Assembly (NCBI RefSeq): GCF_964204645.1
Contig: NC_134032.1
Location: 12,512,275-12,576,274, forward strand
Source: Tubulanus polymorphus
Taxonomy: Eukaryota > Animalia > Nemertea
Reading direction: 5' to 3'
DNA length: 64,000 bases
Shown here: piece by piece, positions 12,101 through 23,273 of the stretch
Numbering within the stretch: the first letter of the stretch is position 1
Layout: each line of letters begins with the position of its first letter
Program-made: the position numbers and the translations under genes
The notes under the pieces: model-generated
Database searches by the model: none
Told to the model about the DNA's origin: nothing
Seen by the model: only the letters and a program-made list of their open reading frames with translations

Positions 12101-14306
12101 GATCAGCCCAGACTTACCAGATAGTTTATCGTGTGAATGAGGTTCTTTTTACCCATGTTATTAAAGAACCGATAATCTGCGACTAGCAGCAGAGGGCAGA
12201 TTCTTTTACTCGGCGTGAAAGCTCGTTTCTCCCGACGCAGAGTCGGCCCGTCATTCGGACGGTGATGATGACGCTGACGATGATGTTTTTCCTCTTCCAG
12301 TTTTATCTCGGTTTCGTTGACGTCCGGATGAATGAATTGACAAAAACTGTAATGGTAGAAAAATTTTTAAAAATCTTAATATAGCCACAAAAAAATGTCA
12401 ATATAGAAATCTGTATGATTTTGAGTTGACTGGATTTTTTGAAAATTGAAACTTAAACTTACTTTTGTCCATCGGGCAGTTTCAAATGAGGCAGTTTCAT
12501 ATCAGAAGCTTTATAGCTGATCATTGTATAGTTGTGAGAGTGTGGAAGATGTCTCCAGGAAGGCTAAAGGAAAACAGCCGAGATATTTATTTGAGTTAAA
12601 ATATACGAATATTACGTGAAATTCAAATGTTGTAGTAGGCCTATATGTATATATATTTTATACGGAATCAATGAAATATTAAACAAACCTCGATGATGTA
12701 TTTTTCGTGTTCTGTAGTGATTTCAGCGTGTAAAGCGTCATCCTCAAAATGCGCGTAAACATCCGACCCAGATTCACCTGAAAAAAAAAACGCTGGATAA
12801 ATAAAATCTGACTTAAGATAGGACACTCCGAGTTCTCTCTACACTTAAAATAGGACACTCTGAGTTCTTAAGACAGGACACTCGTTCATTCTGAGTTAAG
12901 CCATCCCGCTAGATAGTGTACATACCAACAGGACAACTCAATCAAAATTTAGTTTACTTTCAAATAACAAATCAGTTTCACCTAGATTTTAAACTTTCAA
13001 CGAACCCATTAATAACTACACTGTACACTGTAACACATTCAGATAAACTCAGATTGATCTCTAGGCTTCGTTATATTCATTATACTTCAGGAATTTTATC
13101 ACAGATAGAATTCGAGAATGCGATGGATAGATTTTAATAGAATCTGAGAATAAATCAGGCATTGTTGTCGAACCTGTTGGAACCTTTCATGGCACAGTCT
13201 TAACATTAATCCTTATCAGTTTATTTCCGATGCATAAACCCTAATGTAAGATTCTATGATCACTGCAGAACTGGGACCAAGGCGCACTGAATAAAACCGC
13301 TGGATTTGATGAATAAGATTTTTAAAAAAAAAGCTTTTATTTACCATAAACGTGCCCTTTATAATAATCATGAGGGTTGACAGCCACGCGTTTCTTCTGA
13401 CCAGAGTTGTCTAACGTATAGGCAGCAAAACCAGCAGCGAAAATATTCCTGTTCGGACTCATAAATATCTTAAATTCTCTGAAATTCGGAAAAACAAAAT
13501 AATTGAATGTTCCATTGTATTTGCTTCACAAGTGTGGAATCCGCATTAGTTGATGTCCTACTGCACACTAGCGCACCTGGTGGATCCTCACTTGCTACAA
13601 GTGGGATTCTCTAATGCCGCATTAGTTCATGTCCTACTGCACACTGGCGCCACCTGGTGGATCCTCACTTGCTATAAGTAGGATCCTCTATTATCGCAGT
13701 AGTTCATGTCCTACTGCACACCAGCACACCTGGTGGATCCTCACTTACTACAAGTGGGATCCTCTAAACAGTAGTTCATGTCCTACTACACACTGGCGTC
13801 ACCTGGTGGATCCTCACTTGCTACAAGTGGGATCCTCTAATGCCGCAATAGTTCATGTCCAACTGCACACTGGCGCCACCTAGTGGATCCTCACTTGCTA
13901 CAAGTGGGATCCTCTTATGCTGCAGTAGTTGATGTCCTACTCCACACTAGCGCCAGGGCCTACACCTACCTTCCCTGAGTGGATAGTTCGATTTTCTTGA
14001 TTTGTTGGCTTGGATTTTCTACACTTCGTTTAACGATGGAATGTTTGACGTCATTTATGTGCAACGTTTCATAATGATGTAAACTGTGATACAAGTTACC
14101 TGAAGGAACAAGGATAAATTGCTGGAGCTTGCCATTTTATTGCAGAGAATTGCTAAATTAATTGATTTGAATTTGTTTCTTTTTTTGGCTATAGAGTAAG
14201 AATTTCAAGTCCATTTTTACAAATTTCGGCGAAATAACGAACCTAAAACTAATTCTCCCATACAAACTATAACAAACAGTAACAAAATATATCTATTCGA
14301 ATCCAT
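6124..14306 (-). CDS. ADAM17: ADAM17/TACE disintegrin-metalloprotease, 20 exons, ~747 aa
   Basis: Phase-consistent GT-AG exons: 14306-14243, 14099-13970, 13478-13345, 12777-12689, 12563-12463, 12346-12118, 11833-11747, 11625-11545, 11363-11222, 11135-11025, 10188-10064, 9943-9874, 9154-8994, 8561-8413, 8133-8060, 7648-7521, 7072-6994, 6892-6804, 6477-6424, 6270-6124. Domains: signal peptide [15 protein letters not shown]; furin site RREKR; [12 protein letters not shown]; [19 protein letters not shown] zinc motif; Met-turn IMYPYSVSG; disintegrin [13 protein letters not shown]; CKWCC membrane-proximal domain; CANDIS-like [11 protein letters not shown]; [19 protein letters not shown]; tail ending GTHV*. 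Confidence 0.95.
9504..9610. mobile_element. PIF/Harbinger-like (Tourist-type) MITE
   Basis: TIR ggcccagtttcacaaa...tttgtgaaactggggc with a 3-bp CAG direct repeat on both sides; internally palindromic. Confidence 0.75.
10426..10859. mobile_element. Non-autonomous DNA transposon with 8-9 bp TSD (Mutator/hAT-like) in an ADAM17 intron
   Basis: Terminal motifs ggacaattgcccc...ggggcaattgtcc, with direct repeat ggccaatgg at 10417-10425 and 10860-10868. Confidence 0.7.
13531..13956. repeat. Minisatellite, ~5.5 units of ~72-76 bp, in ADAM17 intron 2
   Basis: Unit agtt(c/g)atgtcctactgcacactggcgccacctggtggatcctcacttgctacaagtgggatcctcta. The same family recurs at ~38268-38445, ~41140-41178 (reverse) and ~44150-44370 (reverse). 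Confidence 0.9.
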
Positions 14307-14384
14307 TCCTTCCGTAGTAACGGCCGTTATCGGCCTAAAATAAACAATAGAATGAGAATTGATTACAAATCGATGGAGGTATTT

Positions 14385-14470
14385 ACAGACGCCATTTTAT
14401 GGCATACAGCCCCGTCTAGCGACCCTCAGTACAGACCTCACGTGACCACAATTGACCAATCGCAGCAGCG
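14385..14470 (-). promoter_or_regulatory. Probable ADAM17 core promoter / 5' UTR region
   Basis: YY1-like AAAATGGCGTC (minus strand, ~14388-14398) and CCAAT (~14456-14460) lie within 170 bp upstream of the ATG at 14306. Confidence 0.45.
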
Positions 14471-14802
14471 TATGCTCCAATTCAATTCAATACAAATTAG
14501 GCCTATTACGCATTCGAATTTTAAAATCCCTAGCGTACGGACCTACATTTTTCGAGCTTGCATAGATTTATCAGTTAACAGATTTACGGACTGCTCAGTT
14601 ACTCTACTCGTCCGTCTTATTTCGTTTAAATTCGTCTCACTACTGCCACTGGACTAGACTATCAAAAGTTGGTGAACTTATTACTACGAAACGAAGAGGG
14701 CCTTCTTACTTATTCTTAAAGTAAACTTTTTAGTTTAAGGTTTCGTTGGTCAGTACTTCGGATCGCAAGCGGCCGGCAAAAAAGGTGAGCCACATTTCTC
14801 CG

Positions 14803-15320
14803 ATCCAGTTCCACGGGCACAAGTCAGTTGTAAATTTTTTTTTTCTGAAATTGATCTTTTTGGGACATTTCTCTTAAAAATCTTCTGAACACTCGCACCT
14901 CACTCAATTTGGTCTTAGTCTTAGGCGATTGTGATAGGCCTACGACCAGTGAAACTTGTGCCATCATCGCATCGTTTTTAATTTTATCCATTTAAAAAAC
15001 ACTATGTATTGAAGGATTGCTAAAACTGATTGCTAAAAAGTCTTCTGTAAATCATTTCAATCGGAGGTAAGAGACTTAAATAACCGCGCCTAAATAACTG
15101 ATCTTTTCTCATTCCAACATGAGAAAATGAAGACTTTGGCAATGCTTCAATAGGCCTACAGTGTAAAATGGATAAAAAACGATGGTTCATTGAGGCTGCA
15201 CAGTTTTACTGGTCGTATGAAGACCAAATTCGAGGCATGCGTTCAAAACATTTAGCGAAATATCCCAAAAACATTGATAGATTCAGTCAAATCCTAACTA
15301 ACAACTGTGGAACTTGGTCC
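14803..15320. mobile_element. Degenerate foldback/MITE with long inverted arms
   Basis: Arm 14803-14993 (ccagttccac...tacgaccagtgaaac...ttttatccattt) is the degenerate reverse complement of 15165-15320 (aaatggataaaa...ttttactggtcgta...gtggaacttgg). Confidence 0.6.
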
Positions 15321-15730
15321 TGATGGCTATGTTATGATTAATTGCCCTTGTGCAGTTGTCTTACTCTTTATCAAGGTGGCAATCCTTCAATCAATCTTGG
15401 CCTCAATCGCGATCTACCTAGGATTCATGTCCCACTACAGTTTTAATTTCGTTTGTTATTCATTGTATCTCGACTTATCTCGGACTTCCATTTCTTGTTA
15501 TTCGTTGCTCTTAGATACCATCTGTTTATTTTACTTTGATATAGTTTCATTTTGATTTAGACCTATTTCTCTTTGATTTGTTTTAGTTTGTTGTTCCTTA
15601 ATTAATTAATTATCTACTCACTCACTTAGTTATTAATTATCATTTCACTCATCATTTATTTGTAATAACTCTTCTCACTCAGTTCTCTGTAATTGGTGTC
15701 AGTCTACCTATAAATACTGTTGTTTTTCCA

Positions 15731-15792
15731 TTGACTATACTCATTCACCTGATGAAGCTTTTATTCATTAGAATCGAAAGCTTGTGCGTCAA
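15731..15792 (+). ncRNA. Minimal type I hammerhead ribozyme (Penelope-like pseudo-LTR type)
   Basis: cac-CTGATGA(15749)-a-stem II gctttta/tagaatc (1 mismatch)-GAAA(15776)-gctt-gtg. Outer ttgac/gtcaa pairing; preceded by TATAAATA and followed by AATAAA. Confidence 0.65.
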
Positions 15793-16756
15793 ATAAATAG
15801 TTAACCTATACAGTACTACTCGTCTCATTATTCTTTATCCAGTGTAATAATTTGAATGCATTTCTTTAGAATTTATCCTAAATTTATTTCATATTCTAAC
15901 ATTTTTTCCTTGTGATACTCTATATGGACATGATTTGTATTTTGCAGATGTCTGAACCATGGATGTTAAAGAATGTTATTAGAATGTTATTAGAATGGGT
16001 AACAGATAATCCCACCCGGTGAAAGTACCCTAAACTTGATTTCACAGCAAATTTAAATAAAATTCGTCAATATTCTTGTTGAAAAACTTAAATATATATG
16101 TAGTTTTCAAAAATTTCAAATTTTCCATGGTGTTTTTCTTTGACAATGTGTGACTTTTACCAAGCTATGGTCATGAAATGACATTACTCTGTGACTTTAA
16201 GCAAGTAACATGCATGAAAATAATATTGTTAGTAGTTTTTGTTAAAATTTCTGTTAAAAAATTAGGTCCGAAAGTTATAGTAAAATATCTATGTACATAA
16301 TAATTATCTATTTTCATTTGGGCTTTATACAGAGAACTGAGGGATTTTTACCAGGAGTTGATATTTACCTACTTTCATTAGTCTTTGTTTCAAAACCAGT
16401 AGTGATTTATTATAGGGCTTTTCTCTGTTCATTTATTGAAGTTAACATTTTTGTGCAAATTCAACTTATATATAATTTGTAATTGTAAATAAATTATGAT
16501 CATAATGTCTTTGATACACAATTTCTTTAATTATTTTTATGAGTGTCTCTCGAAACTGGTCTACCATTCCAAAATCTGTTTCTCTGATTTCCTTAGTGTT
16601 TATTTAAAGAACAATTAAATGGGGACTTGTAAGTAGTCATTGGTAGACAAATATGGTAATTAAATACCCCCCTAAGTAATGCAGCTGTGATAGGACTATC
16701 ACATTAGTCAAGAAGAAACACAACATCCATAGTGTACAATAAATGAACAGAAGAAA

Positions 16757-16880
16757 TCCCACCAAAATAATTCAGCCAAAAAGAATTCTTGAATAGAACA
16801 GTATATAATAGACACATTGATTAAATATATACACTGTTCTATTAAAAAATTCTCTTTTTGGCTGAATTATTTTGGTGGGA
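16757..16880. repeat. Long near-perfect inverted repeat
   Basis: tcccaccaaaataattcagccaaaaaga...aatagaacagt pairs with actgttctatt...tctttttggctgaattattttggtggga. Confidence 0.85.
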
Positions 16881-16926
16881 GTTCTCACGTTTCGGAATAT
16901 TAGATGAATACAATATTAGGCTCCTG

Positions 16927-17052
16927 GGGCCGGTTGCATAGTCATGACTTAGATTTAAGACCAGTTTAAGACCAACTGAGTTCTATAGCCAATCTAACAA
17001 CTTAAGATTTAAGACCACTTTTGGACTTAAGTCACGACTGTGCAACTGGCCC
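16927..17052. mobile_element. PIF/Harbinger-like MITE
   Basis: TIR gggccggttgca...tgcaactggccc with CTG TSD. Internal ttaagacca repeats are shared with ~47100-47405 and ~57630-57890. Confidence 0.75.
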
Positions 17053-17333
17053 CTGATCTTGGTTGCAAAATAAGGCAGGCCCTGTTCACCAAAGCTCAAT
17101 GGCTCCCACTACCAACAACTGTTCCAAAACAGCTCATCATCTTTCTAAATGGTTAGCCTGTAATCTTAATCTTGTGAATAATTAGCTTGAAATTTAGCAT
17201 TCAGAACTTGTATTTTTTTTTAAGTAGGGAAAATATAAAAATTAAACAAATGATCAACTCAAAATTTAAATATATATCTCTTTATTACAGATTTCATCAT
17301 AATTTTGATACATTTGTATTATTCTTGTCCATA

Positions 17334-17718
17334 CAAAGTAATTACATTGTACAATTCTACTTCATTCTGTCAAGTGGTCTGACTTATAATGTCAAATTAA
17401 TGGTGACACTTTACAAAATAAGCAGCTTAAACGGGTAGAAATAATTAATTAACAACTGCTTCCTAGCCAGTAATTTAATTCTATCAATAACTAGCAGCCA
17501 CCTGAATTAAACCTTATAAATGCCAAAGTAATTACAATGTACAATTCTACTTCATTCTGTCAAGTGGTCTGACTTATAATATCAAATTAATGGTGACGCT
17601 TTACAAAATAAGCAGCTGAAACAGGTAGAAATAATTAATTAACAACTGCTTCCTAGCCAGTAATTAAATTCCATCAGTAACTAGCAGCCACCTGAATTAA
17701 ATCTTATCATAAATGCCA
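17334..17718. repeat. Two-copy ~190-bp tandem duplication
   Basis: 17334-17523 and 17524-17718 are near identical (caaagtaattaca..tacaattctacttcattctgtcaagtggtctgac...gccacctgaattaaa). Confidence 0.9.
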
Positions 17719-18317
17719 AGCCATGTTTTTGAGAGCGTTAATTAGTATCCTTTCACGGGTATTTTCGGAGGCTCTGCATATAAATATACTTCTGGGTGCT
17801 GAGGATCATAACCCGCTTATTATTAGATCAACCAACCTGGAAGAGATAAATATACATATAGGAATTGACAAAACTAAGTACACGATGTCTGATGAACAAT
17901 CATTCACGAATACGGTAGGTGACAGAACATTTTTTTAAAGCAGTGACATCCGTCATTTTCAAAATCAAGGGCATCCATACGTATTTTCAGATTTTCATGT
18001 AGGCTATTCTAAAAATAGGATTTGCACTAAAATACATTTTTGGAATCATCGAATGATCCATTTTGGTCAGCAATTATTTAAATATATTTCTCCAATTCGT
18101 GTTTTTTTAACTTTTAATTCTCAGAATTAAATAAATTGTTAAATTGATGGAATTAATGAACTTATGTAATATTTCAAAATTCAAAATTGAAATATTTTGA
18201 TAGAACGATAACCACACTCAAATGTGGTGAACGTATAATAAGATAAAAACCCACTACTTACAGATTAAAAGAATTTAAAAACAAGAATTTATTTATTCAA
18301 TCTAAAATATATAGAAT

Positions 18318-18359
18318 ACACAACCTTTCGATCTCAACCTAGAGATCATCGTCAGGTGT
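18318..18359 (-). ncRNA. Minimal type I hammerhead ribozyme (Penelope-like type)
   Basis: Minus strand reads acac-CTGACGA-t-gatctc(taggtt)gagatc-GAAA-ggtt-gtgt, with perfect stems I and II, followed by AATAAA ~25 nt downstream. Confidence 0.7.
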
Positions 18360-18700
18360 TTTTTTAAACAGTTGTGTAATCTATTTAGCTAGTGTAATCT
18401 ATTTAAACTGTGTGATGAATTTTCTTCAACTCGTGATAAATTTGAGCTGTGCGGTAACTTTAAGTATTAACTTAGTATTAATGAACTATTGATTTGCAGT
18501 ACCTTTTCATTCAAATGGTACAATAATCATCTCAAAATCTTCAAAGTAGGTAAAAATCAACTCTTGGCAATTTTTTACTTGTAGTATTTTTAACTGTGCG
18601 ATGCGATGAATTATTAGAATTAATTTTTAAATATTTTGAAATCAAGCTAGCATAATAAATTATTGATCATATTATGGATTTTTACAATTTCGATTTCCAG

Positions 18701-18809
18701 AGTTGTGGCTCCCCATTAAGTAAAGCTGTTAATATTTACTTAGTTCAACTTCATTATCTTAATTGTAAGGAATCCAGCCAATACTTAAATAATTAGTGGG
18801 ACCACAACT
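18701..18809. mobile_element. Small palindromic MITE-like element
   Basis: Inverted ends agttgtggctcccca...tgggaccacaact. Confidence 0.5.
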
Positions 18810-19876
18810 GCATGGCAATTGTTCATGTTAACAAAAGGACAATAGGATTGCAAGGCCAGGTGAAGCTCATGGTCTGTATTGTCATAGAAGTTTGCTTACA
18901 CACTTTTATGATATCATGGATATTAAGACAGCTAGAATCATTTCTATGGGTGTTTGTTAATTCTTAGTTAATGAAAAATTACAAATACTTCTAAAACACA
19001 GTCCTTGAAAAAAGATTTTTGAGTTTGAAAAAATCATCCAGTCTAGCCTTGCTAACTTGGTAATGTAGGTAATTTCACATAATTACATAATACTTTCACA
19101 TAATACTTGCATTGCTTTGGACAATCCCTAGAACTTGTGTTGGCAATATCTATTGCCACCAAATTTTGCAACATAGGAAAAAATGTCACTTTTTGTATAG
19201 TAGGAAAAAGAACTCAGTTGTTATGAACATATGTATTCGAGTTGACTGCATTAATTATCAGTCATTTTATCAATGATCTCTTTCTATTGAATTTCAAACC
19301 TGCTATTGTATTTGGCGCTGTATTTTAGTACCCCTAAGTTTCTCCACTTAAAATTTCTTTAGTTTGTGGCATACTATGAACATTACTTAAATCAAAAATT
19401 AAAAGTTAATCAAAAATTATTACTCTATAGTTAGTTAAAATCAAATTAGTAAGCAGTAATTATATTCTGAATGTCTATGGCATTTTTTTCCTACTGTCAT
19501 TTTCACTGGTGGTATTTTTTCCTACAATCGCCTCACAGGTAAGTCAGGTAAAAAAAAGTTCACATAGCATAACCCTTTATCTTGCAGGAAACTGAAAAAT
19601 TGGTTTCAGTGTTAATCGCACAGTTCTAATTATTTATTTAAGAATCTATCGAAAGAGTTTATTGCACTGTTTGGATATATTGCAGTTTTATTGCAAGCTA
19701 ATAGAATTGGAGAATCATCTTTTTTTTGATATGTGATTGAAAATACCAAGTAGAGATTTTTACCTACTTCAAAGGATTTCAACCCAGGGGTTTTATCTAC
19801 TACCCCTTATCTTATACCAGTAGTTAAATATGTTTTTGATAAATTTGTAACGGTCATGCATTATTCTCATCTTCAG

Positions 19877-21763
19877 ACTGTTAAACGCAAGCTGACCTCT
19901 CTACAGAAGTTGAGGTGTAATGAAAGAAAAAGGTTTGCAAGAATAACTAAAAAGGTGAAAACAAAATTACTTTTATAAGAACAGATCATACAAGAATCAT
20001 GTTTTCATAATATATTCAAAAGTAAATGAAAGGGCCTACGAGATTTTCATATGATTATAACATTTTTCAGATAAAATCAGAAAAGAACTTGCCAGCAATG
20101 GTTTTACTACAATATAACAAGGGGTCTGTAGATATTGTTTCAAGCAAGTACCAAACATGTTTATTGTTTCAAATACTTGTTTAACGAATATATATGATTC
20201 TCATATCTGACAATTCACAGGATAATTTTTCTTGATAAATACATGTATGGAACCACATGACTTGGTGACAATCAAGTGATCATAATTCAGCAAATATTTT
20301 TTTTCTTTTTAGACATCCCTGCACTTCAGACGGCAACACAAAATTCCGTACTTAAGTCGGAGTTCTTAAAAGTGGTAGTAGCGTCCCTAAAAAAATCTAC
20401 GGATGAAAATTCAGATGGAGAAGCGTTATGGAGTAAAGTTTCATTGAAGGACCATGCATATGAAGAAATTGACGCCCAAGGGAATCATACTCTAAGAGCT
20501 TTGGTCTCAAGAATTATCGTCGGAGCTGGTGAGTTAACACTAAGGCCTTTTTTATTAGTTGGAGTTCAGAATTTTTCACGAAATAGTGGGAGGGCTAAGG
20601 GAATATTTGATAATATGTGCTTTAAACTGGAAGAAAACAGGGAAAAAATTTAAAAAAAAAAGTTTTTTAGAATTATTTTGAGTATTTCCTACATTAAACC
20701 TCAGAAGGACTGCAGAAAAAAATAAAAAAGGAGTGAAAATTGTGATGAATTTGATTCAAATAATGGGAGAAATGAAAAAACTTTTTTTGAAAATTACAAG
20801 ATTGAACATTGAGATGAACATAAATTTTTACAAGTTGCTAGATTGCAAACCAAGACGTACATGACAAAAAAATTTATTACTTTTGAAAAATTGTGATGAA
20901 AACAGGGAGGACTTTTTTTTAATTAGATGATTTTGGCAGAATTCTGGGAGGCCGATCCAAGTAAGGTTAAATCATACATTCTATTACAAATTCTTATGTT
21001 ATTTCCAGAAGGAAAAAAAAGTCGATCAATATGGGGCGATGACACGAATAGACCTACATGGTGGCCTGATTAAATCAACAATCCGGAGGGATATTTTGCT
21101 GAATTTTGACCGAAACAAATGGAAAATCAGGACAATTCCACATACTAAGCAGCAGGATAGCACGTCATGTGGACTTCTATGCCTTGCTGTGAGTAGCAAA
21201 AAAAATTCAATAACTCCTTCAAAATTATCACTGATAGTTTCTTTAATTTATAGGTCTTCGCATTACCTGAAATTCTCTTCTTTCAGTTCGCTGAAGGTCT
21301 AATATGCGAAACCTCGCTAGAGGATTTTGAATCAGCTAGTTCTGGAATCGAATCTATGCAAGAACAAGTGCTGGAAATTCTCCATGGTGTATGCGGTAGG
21401 TACTCTTCTATCAGTAGATCAAAGCGCAACTTGTTGGTGGTCAAGATACATCTGAAATAAATGAAATGAACAATATATATATTTCTATAGATACAGAAAT
21501 ACTAAAAATGGTATGCCGGTTGTGTGGCCAAAAGGAACCAGCTGATGACAAACACAAAAGAATTCTCTGGGTAAGAGTTACAAAAAAGCTGTTAATAATC
21601 ACTTATATTATTATTACCATACTCTGATCAGATTATTGGATTATCTCTTTTTAAGGAAGGATGTGAGAGGTGTGAATTCTTTTGGCTGCACAGGCAGTGT
21701 ATCAAGAGGGGTAAAGGAAGTTGCCGATTGAGAAGAGGTGTTTGTCCAATTTGTGCACTGTAA
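19877..21763 (+). pseudogene. Spliced, internally deleted transposon accessory gene: WGxxxxxPxWWP motif + Ulp1/C48 protease C-terminus + PHD finger
   Basis: Candidate exons 19877-19954, 20071-20143 (GC donor, tentative), 20313-20528, 20927-20960, 21009-21188, 21287-21395, 21491-21570, 21656-21763. The upstream frame reads SIWGDDTNRPTWWPD* (TAA 21071-21073). Another frame continues KWKIRTIPHTKQQDSTSCGLLCL (Ulp1 QxDxxxCG), then CRLC..W.GCERC..WLHRQC..CPIC (C4HC3). The 5' start was not found. Confidence 0.65.
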
Positions 21764-22034
21764 TAATGTTTTGTATTTTGTGAATAGACAATTCGAAATA
21801 TATTTTATACTGTAATCGTTTTTCTCTTACATTGGATTGTAAAACATTACCAACTCATTCAGACTTGCACTTATTCAGTTCAAGTAGGTCGGTCAAGGTT
21901 TACTGTATTTTTTGGTGAAAGGAGATATTTTCAATGTTTTTATGGATATACAACAAAATGTTTGTAGGACTCGTGGTGCAATTTGAATCGAAAGTTGATG
22001 GATGGACGAATGGTTAGAGGATGTCAGCTATCCC

Positions 22035-23273
22035 CAGGGATGTTAATATGCCAGATAATGTCCAGTTAAGGTCCCCAGGGTTGTTAATGCAGATATCAAC
22101 TTCAGGGATGTAAATATGCCAGATAATGTTCATTTAAGGTCCCCAGGGTTGTCAATATAAATATCAACTTCAGGGATGTAAATATGCCAGATAATGTCCA
22201 TTTAAGGTCCCAGGGTTGTTAATGTAAATATCAACCCCCAGGGATGTAAATATACCAGATAATGTCCAGGTAAGGTCCCCAGGGTTGTTTATGTAAATAT
22301 CAACTTCAGGGATGTTAATATGCCAGATAATGTCCAGTTAAGGTCCCCAGGGTTGTTAATGTAAATATCAACTACAGGGATGTTAATATGCCAGATAATG
22401 TCCAGTTAAGGTCCCCAGGGTTGTTAATGTAAATATCAACTTCAGGGATGTTAATATGCCAGATAATGTCCAGTTAAGGTCCCCAGGGTTGTTAATGTAA
22501 ATATCAACTACAGGGATGTTAATATGCCAGATAATGTCCAGTTAAGGTCCCCAGGGTTGTTAATGCAGATATCAGCCCTGGGGATGTTAATATGCCAGAT
22601 AATGTCCAGTTAAGGTCCCCAGGGTTGTTAATGTAAATATCAACCCCCAGGGATGTAAATATACCAGATAATGTCCAGGTAAGGTCCCCAGGGTTGTTAA
22701 TGCAGATATCAGCCCTGGGGATGTTAATATAAATATCAACTTCAGGGATGTTAATATGCCAGATAATGTCCAGTTAAGGTCCCCAGGGTTGTTAATGTAA
22801 ATATCAACTACAGGGATGTTAATATGCCAGATAATGTCCAGTTAAGGTCCCCAGGGTTGTTAATGTAAATATCAACTTCAGGGATGTTAATATGCCAGAT
22901 AATGTCCAGTTAAGGTCCCCAGGGTTGTTAATGTAAATATCAACTACAGGGATGTTAATATGCCAGATAATGTCCAGTTAAGGTCCCCAGGGTTGTTAAT
23001 GCAGATATCAGCCCTGGGGATGTTAATATGCCAGATAATGTCCAGTTAAGGTCCCCAGGGTTGTTAATGTAAATATCAACTTCAGGGATGTTAATATGCC
23101 AGATAATGTCCAGTTAAGGTCCCCAGGGTTGTTAATGCAGATATCAGCCCTGGGCCTGGGGATGTTAATATGCCAGATAATGTCCAGTTAAGGTCCCTAG
23201 GGTTGTTAATGCAGATATCAGCCCCAGGTATGTAAATATGCCAGATAATGTCCAGTCAAAGTTCCCAGGGTTG
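22035..23273. repeat. Satellite array, ~18 copies of a 68-bp unit
   Basis: Unit cagggatgttaatatgccagataatgtccagttaaggtccccagggttgttaatgtaaatatcaact(t/a). Period 68 measured between starts at 22443 and 22511; each unit contains two caggg(a/t)tgttaat subrepeats. Confidence 0.97.

Noticed and set aside
13531-13956. CRISPR-like palindromic repeats, and ORF 13629-13883
   Set aside because: The sequence between hairpins is also repeated, so there are no spacers; the ORF is a by-product of the repeat inside an ADAM17 intron.
22035-23273. CRISPR array
   Set aside because: Contiguous near-identical 68-bp units with no unique spacers, no cas genes and a eukaryotic context; it is a satellite.
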